A DNA stretch of 64,000 nucleotides from contig JBBPEB010000024.1 of assembly GCA_039096225.1 (NCBI GenBank), forward strand, positions 248,001 to 312,000, given 5' to 3'. Shown one piece after another: positions 47,314-59,110 of this stretch. The stretch is from Blastocystis sp. Blastoise (lineage: Eukaryota; Protista; Bigyra: Opalinata). The position numbers were made by a program, and so were the translations under genes. Under the pieces are notes generated by a model. It was not told the DNA's origin, made no database searches, and worked only from the letters and a program-made list of their open reading frames with translations. The first letter of the stretch is position 1. The number at the start of each line of letters is the position of its first letter.

Positions 47314-48942
47314 ATGCAAAGTTGTATATTAGGAATGCCAAGTCCTGGTACTTTTGGTATGAATTTAATTTCAACTGGAAAAGAATATAGGCGATATAAT
47401 ACACAACCATTACATAAAATGGATCAATATAATCCAATATTTCATGAAATAGGTCCAAATTCATCTATGCCTGTGTCTACTTTAGAAAGTAAAGAAATAC
47501 ATGATGGTAAAGAAGATGATTATGTAGATCGCTCTAAAACATTTGGTAAAGATGCTGTTCCACAAGGAAATGGTGCTTTAATTCGTGCTAGAGCAGCAGG
47601 TAAAGGTGTAATGAAAGCAGCTGGTCCAGAAGAAGATAAAATAGATGGTGAAGATCGTCAATATAAAGTATTAAATCCATGTAAACCAAGACGTAAATCT
47701 GGTAGAGGAATTATTCCAAATAAATCAGAAATCAATAAATTAGAGAATAATCAAGGTTCTGGTATTGGTGATGCAATTAAAAATAAAGTAAAAAATATGT
47801 ATCAACGAAATGTATTAGATATAAGAGATGCTATTGTAGATAAAAAAGCTAATAGAAAAGCTCGTGATGCATTAGCTATTTTAGCTCAATATGTTGGTGA
47901 CGGTCATCATGATCTTGATGATGAATTCAAAAGATTCTATGAACATAAAATAAAACGTGGTGGAAAAATTCCTATATCTGTTGCTTCAGCAATTATGAAT
48001 GCAATTAAAAATAAGAAAATGATTAAGAATCCAAAATTAAGAAGAATGTTAAGACCTTCAATTATACCAAAATATATAGATTTAGATTCAGCTCAAAGTG
48101 GTGATGGTATATTAAGAGTAAAAAGAGGTGGTGGATTCTGGAGCGGATTAATGGATTATGCACCAGCTCTATTAGGTGTAGTTGATAAAGGTATGGATTC
48201 TTTTGCTAAAGGTAGAAAAGCTTATTATGATACACATTTGGCACAACAATCAAGTGAATTAAATGATATGGAATTTGAAATGGAAAAATTAAAACGTCAA
48301 CAAGCATTAAATGAAATGAAAAAGCAAATAGGTTCAGGAAATACAATAAATAAAATGTTTGAAGGATATTATGATGTAGCTGATGAAATGCAAGATGCTC
48401 TTGATGAAGATGATAGACTACATCCACAACCCGTTGTTCAACCTCCACCACCTCCACAACAACAAGTTGATCGACCTCCTCAATCTCAACCTCCTCAACC
48501 TTATAAACCCATGTCTCGTGATGAACAAAGTTATTATTATAAGATTTATGGTTTCCCTCAAAATGATAAAGAAAAAGTCGATAGAAAATGGAAAGAAGAT
48601 GAAAGGGATAAACGAATAGCTGCAAGAAGAGCTAAACGTAGAGGTTATGGTGGTCGAGTTAAATTAAGTAAAGAAGAATTCTTAGAACGAATGAGAAGAG
48701 GAAAAGAAGCTAAAAAGAAAAGAGGTGGTGATTTGAATCCATTAGTATCATTTTATACAGATTTTATAATACCTGCAGGAGTGGCACGAAAAAAACGTAA
48801 AATACAAGAGGCTGATTTAAAACAATTACAAATTATAAAACAGAAAAGAGATAATAATGAAACATTAAATGCAGGTGACGAATTGTTTTGGAAAAAAAAG
48901 AAATATATGTTATCAAAAAACTCAGGGGAGGGGATCTGGTAA
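47314..48942 (+). CDS. Basic, GG/GxG-motif-rich protein; candidate core protein precursor
   Basis: QGNGAL, SGRGII, QGSGIG, KRGGK, SGDGIL, KRGGGFW, KRGGDL, SGEGIW; adjacent to the protease. Confidence 0.75.
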   Translation: MQSCILGMPSPGTFGMNLISTGKEYRRYNTQPLHKMDQYNPIFHEIGPNSSMPVSTLESKEIHDGKEDDYVDRSKTFGKDAVPQGNGALIRARAAGKGVMKAAGPEEDKIDGEDRQYKVLNPCKPRRKSGRGIIPNKSEINKLENNQGSGIGDAIKNKVKNMYQRNVLDIRDAIVDKKANRKARDALAILAQYVGDGHHDLDDEFKRFYEHKIKRGGKIPISVASAIMNAIKNKKMIKNPKLRRMLRPSIIPKYIDLDSAQSGDGILRVKRGGGFWSGLMDYAPALLGVVDKGMDSFAKGRKAYYDTHLAQQSSELNDMEFEMEKLKRQQALNEMKKQIGSGNTINKMFEGYYDVADEMQDALDEDDRLHPQPVVQPPPPPQQQVDRPPQSQPPQPYKPMSRDEQSYYYKIYGFPQNDKEKVDRKWKEDERDKRIAARRAKRRGYGGRVKLSKEEFLERMRRGKEAKKKRGGDLNPLVSFYTDFIIPAGVARKKRKIQEADLKQLQIIKQKRDNNETLNAGDELFWKKKKYMLSKNSGEGIW

Positions 48943-49508
48943 AGAGTAAAGATGAGAAATTAATTCAAAATTCAATGAATTGCGATAATCCTATTATATC
49001 TGATAAAACTCGTCATGTTACTCCTAGATCCCCTGATAATTTCAAACAAACTCTATCTCAATATTGTAATATACCCAATTCTTTAATATCTCAATTATAT
49101 AATTATGCTTATTTAAATAAACCTACCTCTTCTGTTGCTTGTGATCGTGCTGAAAATGTTATGAAACAATTAAATAAAACGAATTCTCAATCTTATAATT
49201 ATTATAATAGTTATGATGATTTTGAACAAAATATAGATCAAGATCAAACTAAATTTAATATGATCTTTCATGAAAGTCCTAGTGATCCTTATAATGGTCA
49301 TTTTGAAGCTGTTATTTATAATGGTAATAAAAACATAGAACACTATTCATCATTAGGAAATGAACCTACTTTTTCAAAATCATTTATTCAAAATCATAAT
49401 ATTCAATATAATCCTATTCAACACCAAAAAACTACAAGTAATGCAAATGGTTGCTTTTATTATTCTTTACTTTATTTACTTTCTAATGGAAATCTTATGC
49501 CTTGTTAA
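48888..49508 (+). CDS. Adenain-like cysteine maturation protease (divergent); start uncertain (ATG 48975 or frameshift fusion)
   Basis: NGHFEAV...EHYSSLG...QHQKTTSNANGCFYYSLLYL matches the H...(D/E)SxG...Q...C layout, but the acidic residue is atypical. Confidence 0.65.
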   Translation: MEKKEIYVIKKLRGGDLVKSKDEKLIQNSMNCDNPIISDKTRHVTPRSPDNFKQTLSQYCNIPNSLISQLYNYAYLNKPTSSVACDRAENVMKQLNKTNSQSYNYYNSYDDFEQNIDQDQTKFNMIFHESPSDPYNGHFEAVIYNGNKNIEHYSSLGNEPTFSKSFIQNHNIQYNPIQHQKTTSNANGCFYYSLLYLLSNGNLMPC

Positions 49509-49512
49509 AACC

Positions 49513-49535
49513 TTCTAGAATATTCTAGAACATTC
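49513..49535. promoter_or_regulatory. HSE-like array (5 units) upstream of the 124-aa ORF
   Basis: TTCtaGAAtaTTCtaGAAcaTTC. Confidence 0.65.
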
Positions 49536-49630
49536 ATTTTGAACTGGCTCTATTTGTAGAATCTTTAATTTATTATATTAGTGTTTTATATAATTAATTT
49601 GTTTTGTTTAATCATTGGTTAATTTAAATA

Positions 49631-50005
49631 ATGAACAAGAAATATCTTAGTTATTCTTATTTTTGTCGTGTGATGAAGAATCTAAAAGAAGAAGGAATTA
49701 AATCCAAAAAGAATGAAATAGCGAATCTATTAGAACAATTTTTAAATAATAATAACAACAAGAATCTTAGTGATTTGCAATTGAGTTACTGTAGAAACAT
49801 GTTACTTTATATAGATGATCCTGTGATTCATCAACGTCTTGAAATGCTATTGGATAAACAATATATGAAGAATGAGAATCAATATCAAGAGGATAAGAAT
49901 CTTATTCAACCAAATAATATGTTTATGCCAACTATGAAAAGTAATCAACAACAAAATCAATATCAAAATAATAATAATAATCTATCTTTCTTACCTTTTA
50001 ATTAA
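49631..50005 (+). CDS. PLV hypothetical protein (124 aa)
   Basis: ATG ORF behind an HSE array. Confidence 0.65.
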   Translation: MNKKYLSYSYFCRVMKNLKEEGIKSKKNEIANLLEQFLNNNNNKNLSDLQLSYCRNMLLYIDDPVIHQRLEMLLDKQYMKNENQYQEDKNLIQPNNMFMPTMKSNQQQNQYQNNNNNLSFLPFN

Positions 50006-50078
50006 TTTTTATATCCTTTTATTACTAGTTGTTTAGTTATATTCAAAATTAAAACAAAACAAACATAAAAACATAAAA

Positions 50079-51014
50079 TTATTCAATTAATTTTTTAAAT
50101 AAATTATTATTTTCTAAAGATACATAAGAATTAATATGTGTATAATCATTATGACATAAAGCAGAAGCAGAATTTTCTATATCTTGAAATGTATTGGTTG
50201 TAGTTGTAGCATATAATTTTCTTAATGCATTAATGGTCAATTTTGGATGGATTTGTTTTAAATGCTTATTCACAAACCAATCAAATGCTTTAGTAGTAAA
50301 TCCAGTTCGTACAGAAGATTCAAATATAAATTTACGATTTGGATTTCTTTTTAAGAGTAATTCTAGATCTTCAATCAATTCTTTTGGTGCATCTAATTGA
50401 ATTGTAGAGTATTTACCAGCAGTTTTATAATCATTTAATAGAATAGAACCAGTATGTTTCTCTTTATCATAAACAATATAATTCTTATGAATAGCTGGAT
50501 CAATAGTATCTTCTGGTGATAGAATGAATAATTGAGCATAATCAGCACGAGCAGGAGGAAGATAGGAGTAAAAATCTAATATTAATCGTAATGGATTATA
50601 ATTTTCTAATTTATCGTGATATTCATGTAAATATGGAGTCGTAATACCATCTTTAATAAGATCTTGAATTAAAGTACGTTTCTTATTATCCAGATATTTT
50701 TCATACATTGAATTGATAATCACATAAAATTCACACCATTTATTCAAAATACCTTCTTTATTTAATGAAGAAACATTACGTATAATAAATAAAATCAATT
50801 CACATAACGATTTCATTGGACTAATTTTGATTTTACGTTCATTTACCATATAATCCATGAATGAATAAGGATTCTTTAAGAATTCTGAGAACTTTTTAAA
50901 TGGTAATGGGAAAATATATAAATTGAAATAATTAGTTAAACGTTTTTTCCAAATATCAGAATAATTTGAATTCTGTATAACCAAAAGATACTTGTCATAA
51001 TTTGTATTTTTCAT
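50079..51014 (-). CDS. Tyrosine recombinase-family protein 2
   Basis: LPPARADY(R)...NDYKT(K)...FIF...NALRKLYAT(R)...LCHNDYTHINSY(H,Y); first ATG at 51014. Confidence 0.8.
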   Translation of the reverse strand: MKNTNYDKYLLVIQNSNYSDIWKKRLTNYFNLYIFPLPFKKFSEFLKNPYSFMDYMVNERKIKISPMKSLCELILFIIRNVSSLNKEGILNKWCEFYVIINSMYEKYLDNKKRTLIQDLIKDGITTPYLHEYHDKLENYNPLRLILDFYSYLPPARADYAQLFILSPEDTIDPAIHKNYIVYDKEKHTGSILLNDYKTAGKYSTIQLDAPKELIEDLELLLKRNPNRKFIFESSVRTGFTTKAFDWFVNKHLKQIHPKLTINALRKLYATTTTNTFQDIENSASALCHNDYTHINSYVSLENNNLFKKLIE

Positions 51015-51102
51015 TGATTTTCTCAAGTAGAATCTCTAAAACTTCTATTTTCAAAAGAATAATACATAAGAAAATCAAAATAAAATATCTAAGATTCTCA
51101 TG

Positions 51103-52012
51103 TTCTAGAATGTTCTAGAAGTTTCGAGAATGTTCTAGAATATTCTAGAAAATTGATATACATCCCGCCACCTAAAACCACTGGAACACAATTAGTTTCC
51201 CCAGTTTCCCTATTATAATTGTGTTTTTGTGTTCCAAAATCCCTCATTTTTACATTTTTAAGCAATTTGATTGGACAATTCACGATGACGCATCCTATTT
51301 CCATAACGGTCACCCTTGTTTCCAAAAGTCTCTCGTTATAATCGTGGTGGTGGGTACATCTTTTTACAAGACCACACCACCACCAGCTTTTCTTTCACCC
51401 ACTATAAATACATACCTTGATCACTTTACTCTTTTTTATATAAATTTTTTATGATTATCATGACTTTTTATATTATTTATTGATCACTATACATACATTT
51501 TTATTTTTATATATTCCCGTGATTATTTTTATTATTTCTTTTTAGATAGAACCATCCATTTCATCTTTTCTCTATATAAAGGGAGGGTCGGGGTGTGTGT
51601 TTATTTAGCACATTCTGTGCTTCTTTTCGTATTTCTTTCTGTATTCCCGTGATTATTTTACTCACTTTACCAACGATGGAGTCATTTCCTATGAATATTC
51701 CCTGTAAAGGGGAGGGTGTGAGTGTGTATTTTATTTCTTTTATGATTACTATGAGTTTCTCCTTGATCACTTTACGTTTCACGTTGGAATCGGAACACAA
51801 ATAAATTAAAAATAAATAAACATGGGAAAAAATAAATACACACACACACTACCCTACACTCCCATGGTTATTTTACTTCAGAAATGTTATTAATTCTTCC
51901 GTCGAGAACAAAAAGGGGGATGACTTCCCCGCTTATGGCTGCGCGCGTTGCGCAGACTCTATGCGGGGTTTGCATACCCCCTTCTGCAGTTCGAAGAACG
52001 GAAGAATTATTA
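51103..52012. repeat. PLV terminal repeat, copy 2, with a 10-unit HSE array (51103-51150) and terminal hairpin (51888-52012)
   Basis: Near-identical to 17929-18828. Confidence 0.85.
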
Positions 52013-52014
52013 AA

Positions 52015-52131
52015 TCTTTTAAAAAGTATGTTTACTTATTTATATGATAGTATATATTTTAAAAAATATTTGTATAAATTATAAAACTCTAAAGGATACG
52101 AAGCATCGGCGAAGCCTATGCCACCCGCTAG
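52015..52131 (+). mobile_element. Helitron-like 3' end or mini-Helitron
   Basis: Hairpin GCATCGGC-GAA-GCCTATGC followed by CTAG|T at 52128-52131; possible A|TC start at 52015. Confidence 0.45.
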
Positions 52132-52583
52132 TTATTAGATAAACGAAATAATGAAGCTCAAAATATATATAACAAAAAATACTCACATTTTGGAAGGAAA
52201 CGTAAATGTCCTGAAGAAGAGTTAAATTATGGATATGTTGATGTATTTGTTTGTTTTCCTAGCAATTAGTATATATATTAATTATTATTGGTTTTAGTCT
52301 TATTATCATTATTATTTTTTTTTTCTTTCTTTATTTATTTATTTCTTTATTATATTCATTCATTTATTAATTTATTAATTAATTAGTTTATTTACAGTCC
52401 TAATAAAATTTCTATGGTCTGAATAAAACTCTTGTTTCCCAGGATAATTTTAGTGATTTCGAATAAAATTATTTTCGAAATAATTTTATTTACGATTTGT
52501 ACGAATAAAATTAGACTTAACTTATTATTATTCTTATTGTTTGTTATTTGCTTAATTGATTTTTTTTTTTAAAACTTCTTTCT

Positions 52584-53873
52584 ATGAGTCAAACTGATGA
52601 TTTACAGCAGGGCGAAAATGGTGTTATAAGTCAAAACTTAAATGAATATCATGATTCACTTAGTCATGTCCTGGAAACACCTCATAGATCAAGAGGCAGA
52701 CCAAGAAAGGATCAAGAATGGCAAAATCAACCAAGAAGAAAGTATTCAAAAAATACTATTCCAGATAGTGTGAAATTAGATTTCGAAAGATTGTTTGCAT
52801 TACATGGGTTTAAAAGAACTGCCAAAGACTATGCTTTGATGTTTCCAATCACCGAAGATTGTGCGAAACGGTTTATTAGATCCATTGTTAATGGCAAAAA
52901 GCTTGTTACTGAGAAGAAAAAAACTGGTCCTAAGGTTTTAATAACAAAAAATATGTCAACAAGAATAAAAAACATGTTTTTTATCAACCCAAAGTTCCGC
53001 ATCAAAGATGTTGTTCTTGTATTGTCAAATCCCAACTTTTCAGAAGCTGATATACTAAGTGACGACTCGTATGATGTATCAGAGGATAAAAGAAAAGCAA
53101 TGATTGAAGAAGTAGACAGACTTCGACAAGATCCGACAATTACTCCTATATGTAGCCGTTCAACAATTTTAGAAACATATGCATAGTCAGTTAATGTCCG
53201 AGCATATTGGAAAAACATTCTCCGTTACAAAGCTGTATCCCAGAGGAAAAGCATCAAATAGTGATCAAAACAAAAATCTTAGAATCACTGTGTTTCAAGA
53301 AGTATTTAGAACAAAACAACATTGAACGTGTATGGTTTATTTAGACGAAGTTCATTGGGGTTTTAATAACTATTCTCAAAAAGAATGGGGTTTCAAAAAT
53401 CAAAAGATTTATTATTACATGACTTCTAAACGTCTTCCTGTGACTGCTATTGCTACTATATCTTCAAATGGTAACGGCTACGCTGAAATCTTTGGGTGTT
53501 CAGTTAATGGAAATCTATTTTTAGAGTTTTTCGAGAAATGCATAAAAGAATACAAAAAAATGAAAGTGATTTGTGTTTCTACATGGACAATGCACCAATT
53601 CATACCGATGTAATTCTTGAAATTGCCAATAGATATAATGTCAAAGTTATTTTTGGTCCACCCTACACACCTGAAATGAATCCTATAGAACATATCTTTT
53701 ATTTTTGGAAACGTCGAGTTGAAGAAAGTATAGTCTCATGGATAGATCTTGATAATTTCTGTGAAAAACTTGAACAAGTCTGGAAAAATCTATCTAAGAA
53801 CGAAATTAGAAGTTGCATTGAGCACACAAATACTGTAACATTTTCAAGAGTTATGAGAAAAGAAGATTTATAA
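52584..53873 (+). pseudogene. IS630/Tc1-type DDE transposase pseudogene
   Basis: VYLDE, MDNAPIH, PPYTPEMNPIE (D-33-E) split over three ORFs by a stop and frameshifts; AT-hook RGRPRK. Confidence 0.9.
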
Positions 53874-54176
53874 ATAAATGCAATAAATGTATATAGTTTA
53901 CTTAAAGTAACGATCATATCCTTTATTATATATATACATATATCACTAGTAGGCACGTTTTTCGCGTTAGATATATTTTTGGGTCACGTTAGATAACGAA
54001 AACGCACCAAAGCGTTCTCGCCTTTTTTTTAGACATACTTTTAAAATTTAGACAGACTTCTGGTTTTTTAAGAAAGGATAAAATTTGAAAAATTAGAAAT
54101 GAATTATGAATTCATATATATATTTTTAAATTTGTTGTTTATATGAACAAATTAGAACTGATTACAGTTATTATAG

Positions 54177-55700
54177 ATGTTTCTAAGCAGTGTTCATGAT
54201 GTGTTAGTATTTATTTATAAAATTTATCATAGTGTTTTACATCATTCTTATAGGTTTTCCATTCTGGATATCCTCTTCCTTTCAGACATTCTCCTTGACC
54301 AGTTTTAGAAAGGTACATAACATGGACTCGTTGGTTTATTTATTATAAGGTATTTTATTACATTTCTTTTTTTATTCTCTTAGATTTCTTGGTTATTCTC
54401 GTCAGTACTTCTTCTAAATAACAAGTCAAGACAATATAGAGCGTATATAAATATATCTATTTAATTTTATATTGCATTGGCACATTTCTCTTTTTTCTCT
54501 TTTCCTATCAAAAATATTCATTTGATTTTTATTTACCCTATTCATATTTTATATATATTTACAATTTATATATTATATAGAAAAGTTATTTCTTACTCCA
54601 TTCTTGAATCTTGTGGTTTCTCTGATATTTTCAAATACCAAATACGATATCAGTTGTAAAATAGTTTGTATATATATATGTTTATTTATATGTATTTAAT
54701 TATTTATTTTTATCTATTTAATTATATTATTAATATAAGAATTTATTTATTTGTTTAATTATATATAACATTTATGTATTATATATATATAGATGAGAAA
54801 GGATTTGCTATTCGTGATTGTATTATTCATTATACAGATAATTTTATTACGAAACAACCTTCAAATTATCCAAAGTATATATTTTATATTTATTATTATT
54901 ATATTTTTTTATATAGATATATATATTCAAATTTATATTCAAAAGAAGATAGAGTAGAAACAGTATGTGATAAAGTGAACGATTATGCTGATAATAATAT
55001 TCGGGCTTTTGTTGCTATTTCTCGTATATTTATATATATATATATTTATATATATATATATATTCTATAATTTTTTATATCTTCTAGTCCTACATATTTT
55101 CCTTTAACAGATGTAAAAGGAGGATATGCATTAAGTTCAATAGAAGAATATATTGGTAAGAAATATTAATTTACTATGAAAATAAATCTATTCTTCTTGT
55201 ATATTATTATTTTATATTTATATAATATTATTATTATATATATAGATATGAGAATAGAACAGATCAATTTATAGATTTTGAAACGAATAATGGATTATGG
55301 GTTTTTATTAATAAACATTTATTCTTAGATTATGGAGGGTATATATTATATTTTATATATTATTATTATATATATAGTTATAATACTCCAGTTGGTTCTC
55401 ATATTAATATAACGAATTATGCAGATAAATTAGGTCTTATTCCTGGAATCACCTATTCTATATCTATATTCTTTGCTTCTAGAACATGTGGAACTCAATC
55501 AAGTATATATATGTTTATATATTATTATATATTATAATCTTTATTATTATACGTTTAATTATAATTATATTTTAGTTTATTAGTATATATACAAAAACTA
55601 TAAGAATATTAGTTTCTATATCTATATCTATTCATTGATATATATATATATATATATATATATGTTTAGAATATGAGATACAACTTGTTTTATGATTAGA
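54177..55700 (+). CDS. Intron-rich gene or fragment with a PA14/fibro-slime-like domain; boundaries approximate
   Basis: Exons translate as PTYFPLT..., NNGLWVFINKHLFLDYGG and LGLIPGITYSISIFFASRTCGTQS. Confidence 0.55.
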
Positions 55701-55844
55701 ATTATATGTAAGAATAGCTATTGAACTTATTTCAATTGATATAAATATGTGAAGATTTATAGATAATAGAATATTCAAGTAAATATATTTATTATTATTA
55801 TAATTATCTTTTAGTTTATTATTCTATTAATTATCAATCTATAG

Positions 55845-56463
55845 ATTCAAGCTATTTTGTTACCTGATGTATCATTTCTTTTCGTCATTTATTCTTACAA
55901 TATACATTCGAAATAACAACTTACTTATTACTATAAGAATAAAAAGTATATTATTTATATTATATATATATATATGGTATTTATATGATAACATATTTTT
56001 TAATCCTTTGTTTCTAATTAATATTATGCACTTATATATAATAATGATAATAGGTTTTATATAAATACTTATTTATAGTTTCGATGTACATCCAGATATA
56101 TAGAAGATTCTAGATATTTCATCATGTGATCATCTCGTGACTCCCTCAATCTCCACTTTAACGGACACTATTCTCTGTATGTACCTCAAGTTATATGTTG
56201 AGGTATATAGAGATAAACTACATTATTATTAATATTATTACTCTTTATATAAATCTATAGAGGCTTCTTTATATGAATATATGAATCTATTACAATCATT
56301 ATGGGCAGATGTTAACCTTGGAAAAGATGTATATATATATATATATATATTATGTTATTACTGTTATTACATATATAGTTTGAATACTTATTTTCTATGT
56401 ATAAATTAAGCATATATATATAGTTACTTCTCTTCCTTCACTTGAAACTATTTGTAATGAAAG

Positions 56464-56516
<53 letters not shown>

Positions 56517-56714
56517 GGTGTATTTATTATTATTATATATATAGTTATTAAAATTTTTTACCAAGTGATTTTCCCCGCCAAATTGATGTTGATGAATATA
56601 TTAATACACTGAAATTTGCTGAAAAACGAAAAATGTAATTATTATTAGTTTTTATTATGATTTATTTATATATATATAGTTATCAAGATCCTTATGATTA
56701 TCAAAAATTATATA

Positions 56715-56759
<45 letters not shown>

Positions 56760-57316
56760 ATGAGATCAAATATTTAAAATAGAATTGATGTATATAATAA
56801 TTTTATATATATATATATATATATGGAATTACTAATTTAACTACATTATTTCATGATCTTCAAACGATAAAGAAATCTGCTATTTATAAATCACTTGTTC
56901 AATACATACGAGACAGAGTATATATAACTATATATATATATTACTTATTATATATAGGATATATTAGATGTATTATTCCAACAGTGTTTAAATACACAAA
57001 CGTTACGATTGTCTCTCTCTCTCTTCTTCAACATATATGTACTGTTATCCTTGTATTTACTTATTATTATTATATTCTTTATTATTATTATATATATACA
57101 TATTCTTATTCTTATATATATAGTTAACAAATAAGGATATTGATATATTTTATGAGGCTGTTCATAATAACCGTATATATGAATCCATTCAAGCAACTAC
57201 CATTATATGTCAACTACTCCCTCTCTTCCCTAATCAACAACGTGAATATTTACAAAGTTTATTATTGAATACATGTGATAATATATGTACAGTACAAGTA
57301 TATATATATATATACT

Positions 57317-57349
<33 letters not shown>

Positions 57350-57593
57350 ATACTTATACATATATATAAATACTTATATTCATATTATATATAGAGTATT
57401 AAGGTATAAGTAAATTGCTAGTATTATATTTAAATGACATCCCTGAATCACAACCTATTCCTGATTCGATTCGAAATTCTATTAAAACAGTTGGTGAGTA
57501 TATTATCCGTTAAGGATGTTTTGTACTCCCGAATCAAATGAAGAAAAGCACGTGATATTCCATTGATTCCACTTTATAAATCAGATAGCTTTG

Positions 57594-57624
<31 letters not shown>

Positions 57625-59110
57625 ATTATTATTATATATTATCATAGACTTCTTAACAACATGGTTTAAGAATGCAATATATTTAAATGATGGTTATAAA
57701 TCATTCTTCAATTTATTATATACTTTTGAACCTTCTTCTAGAATCCATTTCAGTTATATACCTTACTATCTCGTTTCTTACTTACAATATTATATCATAT
57801 TATTATATATAATACAAAGAAGAGAAATAATATTAGTAAGTCTATATATATATAAATATGAATCGAATTATATTCCTCAAGATATTATGTATACATTATT
57901 AGCAAGAACAGAAGAAATTATGCAAATAACTCATTGTCCTTCTTCTTATATACCTCCTCAACTACATACATTAAAGAAGATAAATAGTCATTCTATTTCC
58001 TTTAATATGAGCCATAATAGTTTAGAAGTCTATAGTCCTCCTTTTCCTCCTCCTCCTCTTACTAATTATTTCACAGGTGCATATAAAGATATAGAAAATG
58101 ATTTAATGGATGATAATGATATGGAAGTACCTGAAGAAGAAGAAATAGGATTAATGAATACTTATGAAGAGAAAGAAAGAGGAGAAGGGGAAGAAAAACC
58201 TACTGGAGAACTGATTTATGGATTAAGTCATATACTGAATACTGTTGAAATTGAAGGTGAAGAAGAAACAGGAAAGAAGAAAGAAAAAGAAATGATAGAT
58301 ATATTTACTTATATAGGAAAGCGAGAAGAAGAAAATGATCATTGTATGTTTTATATTTTTTATATTTATTATATTTATTATGGTTTTATTATGTATAATA
58401 TATAGCTATTGATGTTCAATATGTATATTCTCTTCTTCGTAATCAAATGAAAACCGCGAATAAAGAAGAAAATATGATGTGAATATGATTTTATATGTGA
58501 ATCTTTCTTCATCTACTTATATGGTCTTCTTATAAAATATTTTATTAGATATACTTAATTATTCCCGTGGTTATATACTACTTTCCTATTATCTTCTCCT
58601 TCATCTTCCCTCCTTACAGTGGCTTGTTGTCTTTATAAATCAATAATCGCGGGAAATACTTACTCTCAAGAATATTTTAATTATGTATATATATATTCAC
58701 TTTATATAACTTTTGATGTAGCATATTATATATTATTTACTCTTTTATATTTGTTATTAATTATATAATATATATATATATATATAGATAGATATTAGAC
58801 ATACTACAAACAAGGCTTATTATATACTTATGAACTACAGATACATCAATATATATACTGCTACATACCTCCTATAATACCAGCGTTTTATATCCCTCAT
58901 TGAAAACCATAATTATCAAAACATTATTATATGTCTTGTATATATATATACTATTATACTTATTATATTTAATATTTTTATTTTATTATTATATATGTTA
59001 TATAGACTGATAGATAATGCGCTTTGTATATTGTAGATGATGAAAAATGTCATATATATATATATACTAAATTATAGATATTTTTATAATTAATTTATAT
59101 AGGATAAAGA
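55845..59110 (+). other. Intron-rich host-like coding exons of unknown product, possibly decayed
   Basis: Repeated tatag|exon|gtat structure; acidic exon at about 57648-58343. Confidence 0.45.

Larger units (their letters stand above)
44461..52012 (-). mobile_element. Endogenous PLV, copy 2 (inverted; truncated just before the primase-helicase ATG)
   Basis: Inverted match to 1-1377 plus the terminal repeat; intronless viral-type ORFs in between. Confidence 0.9.
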
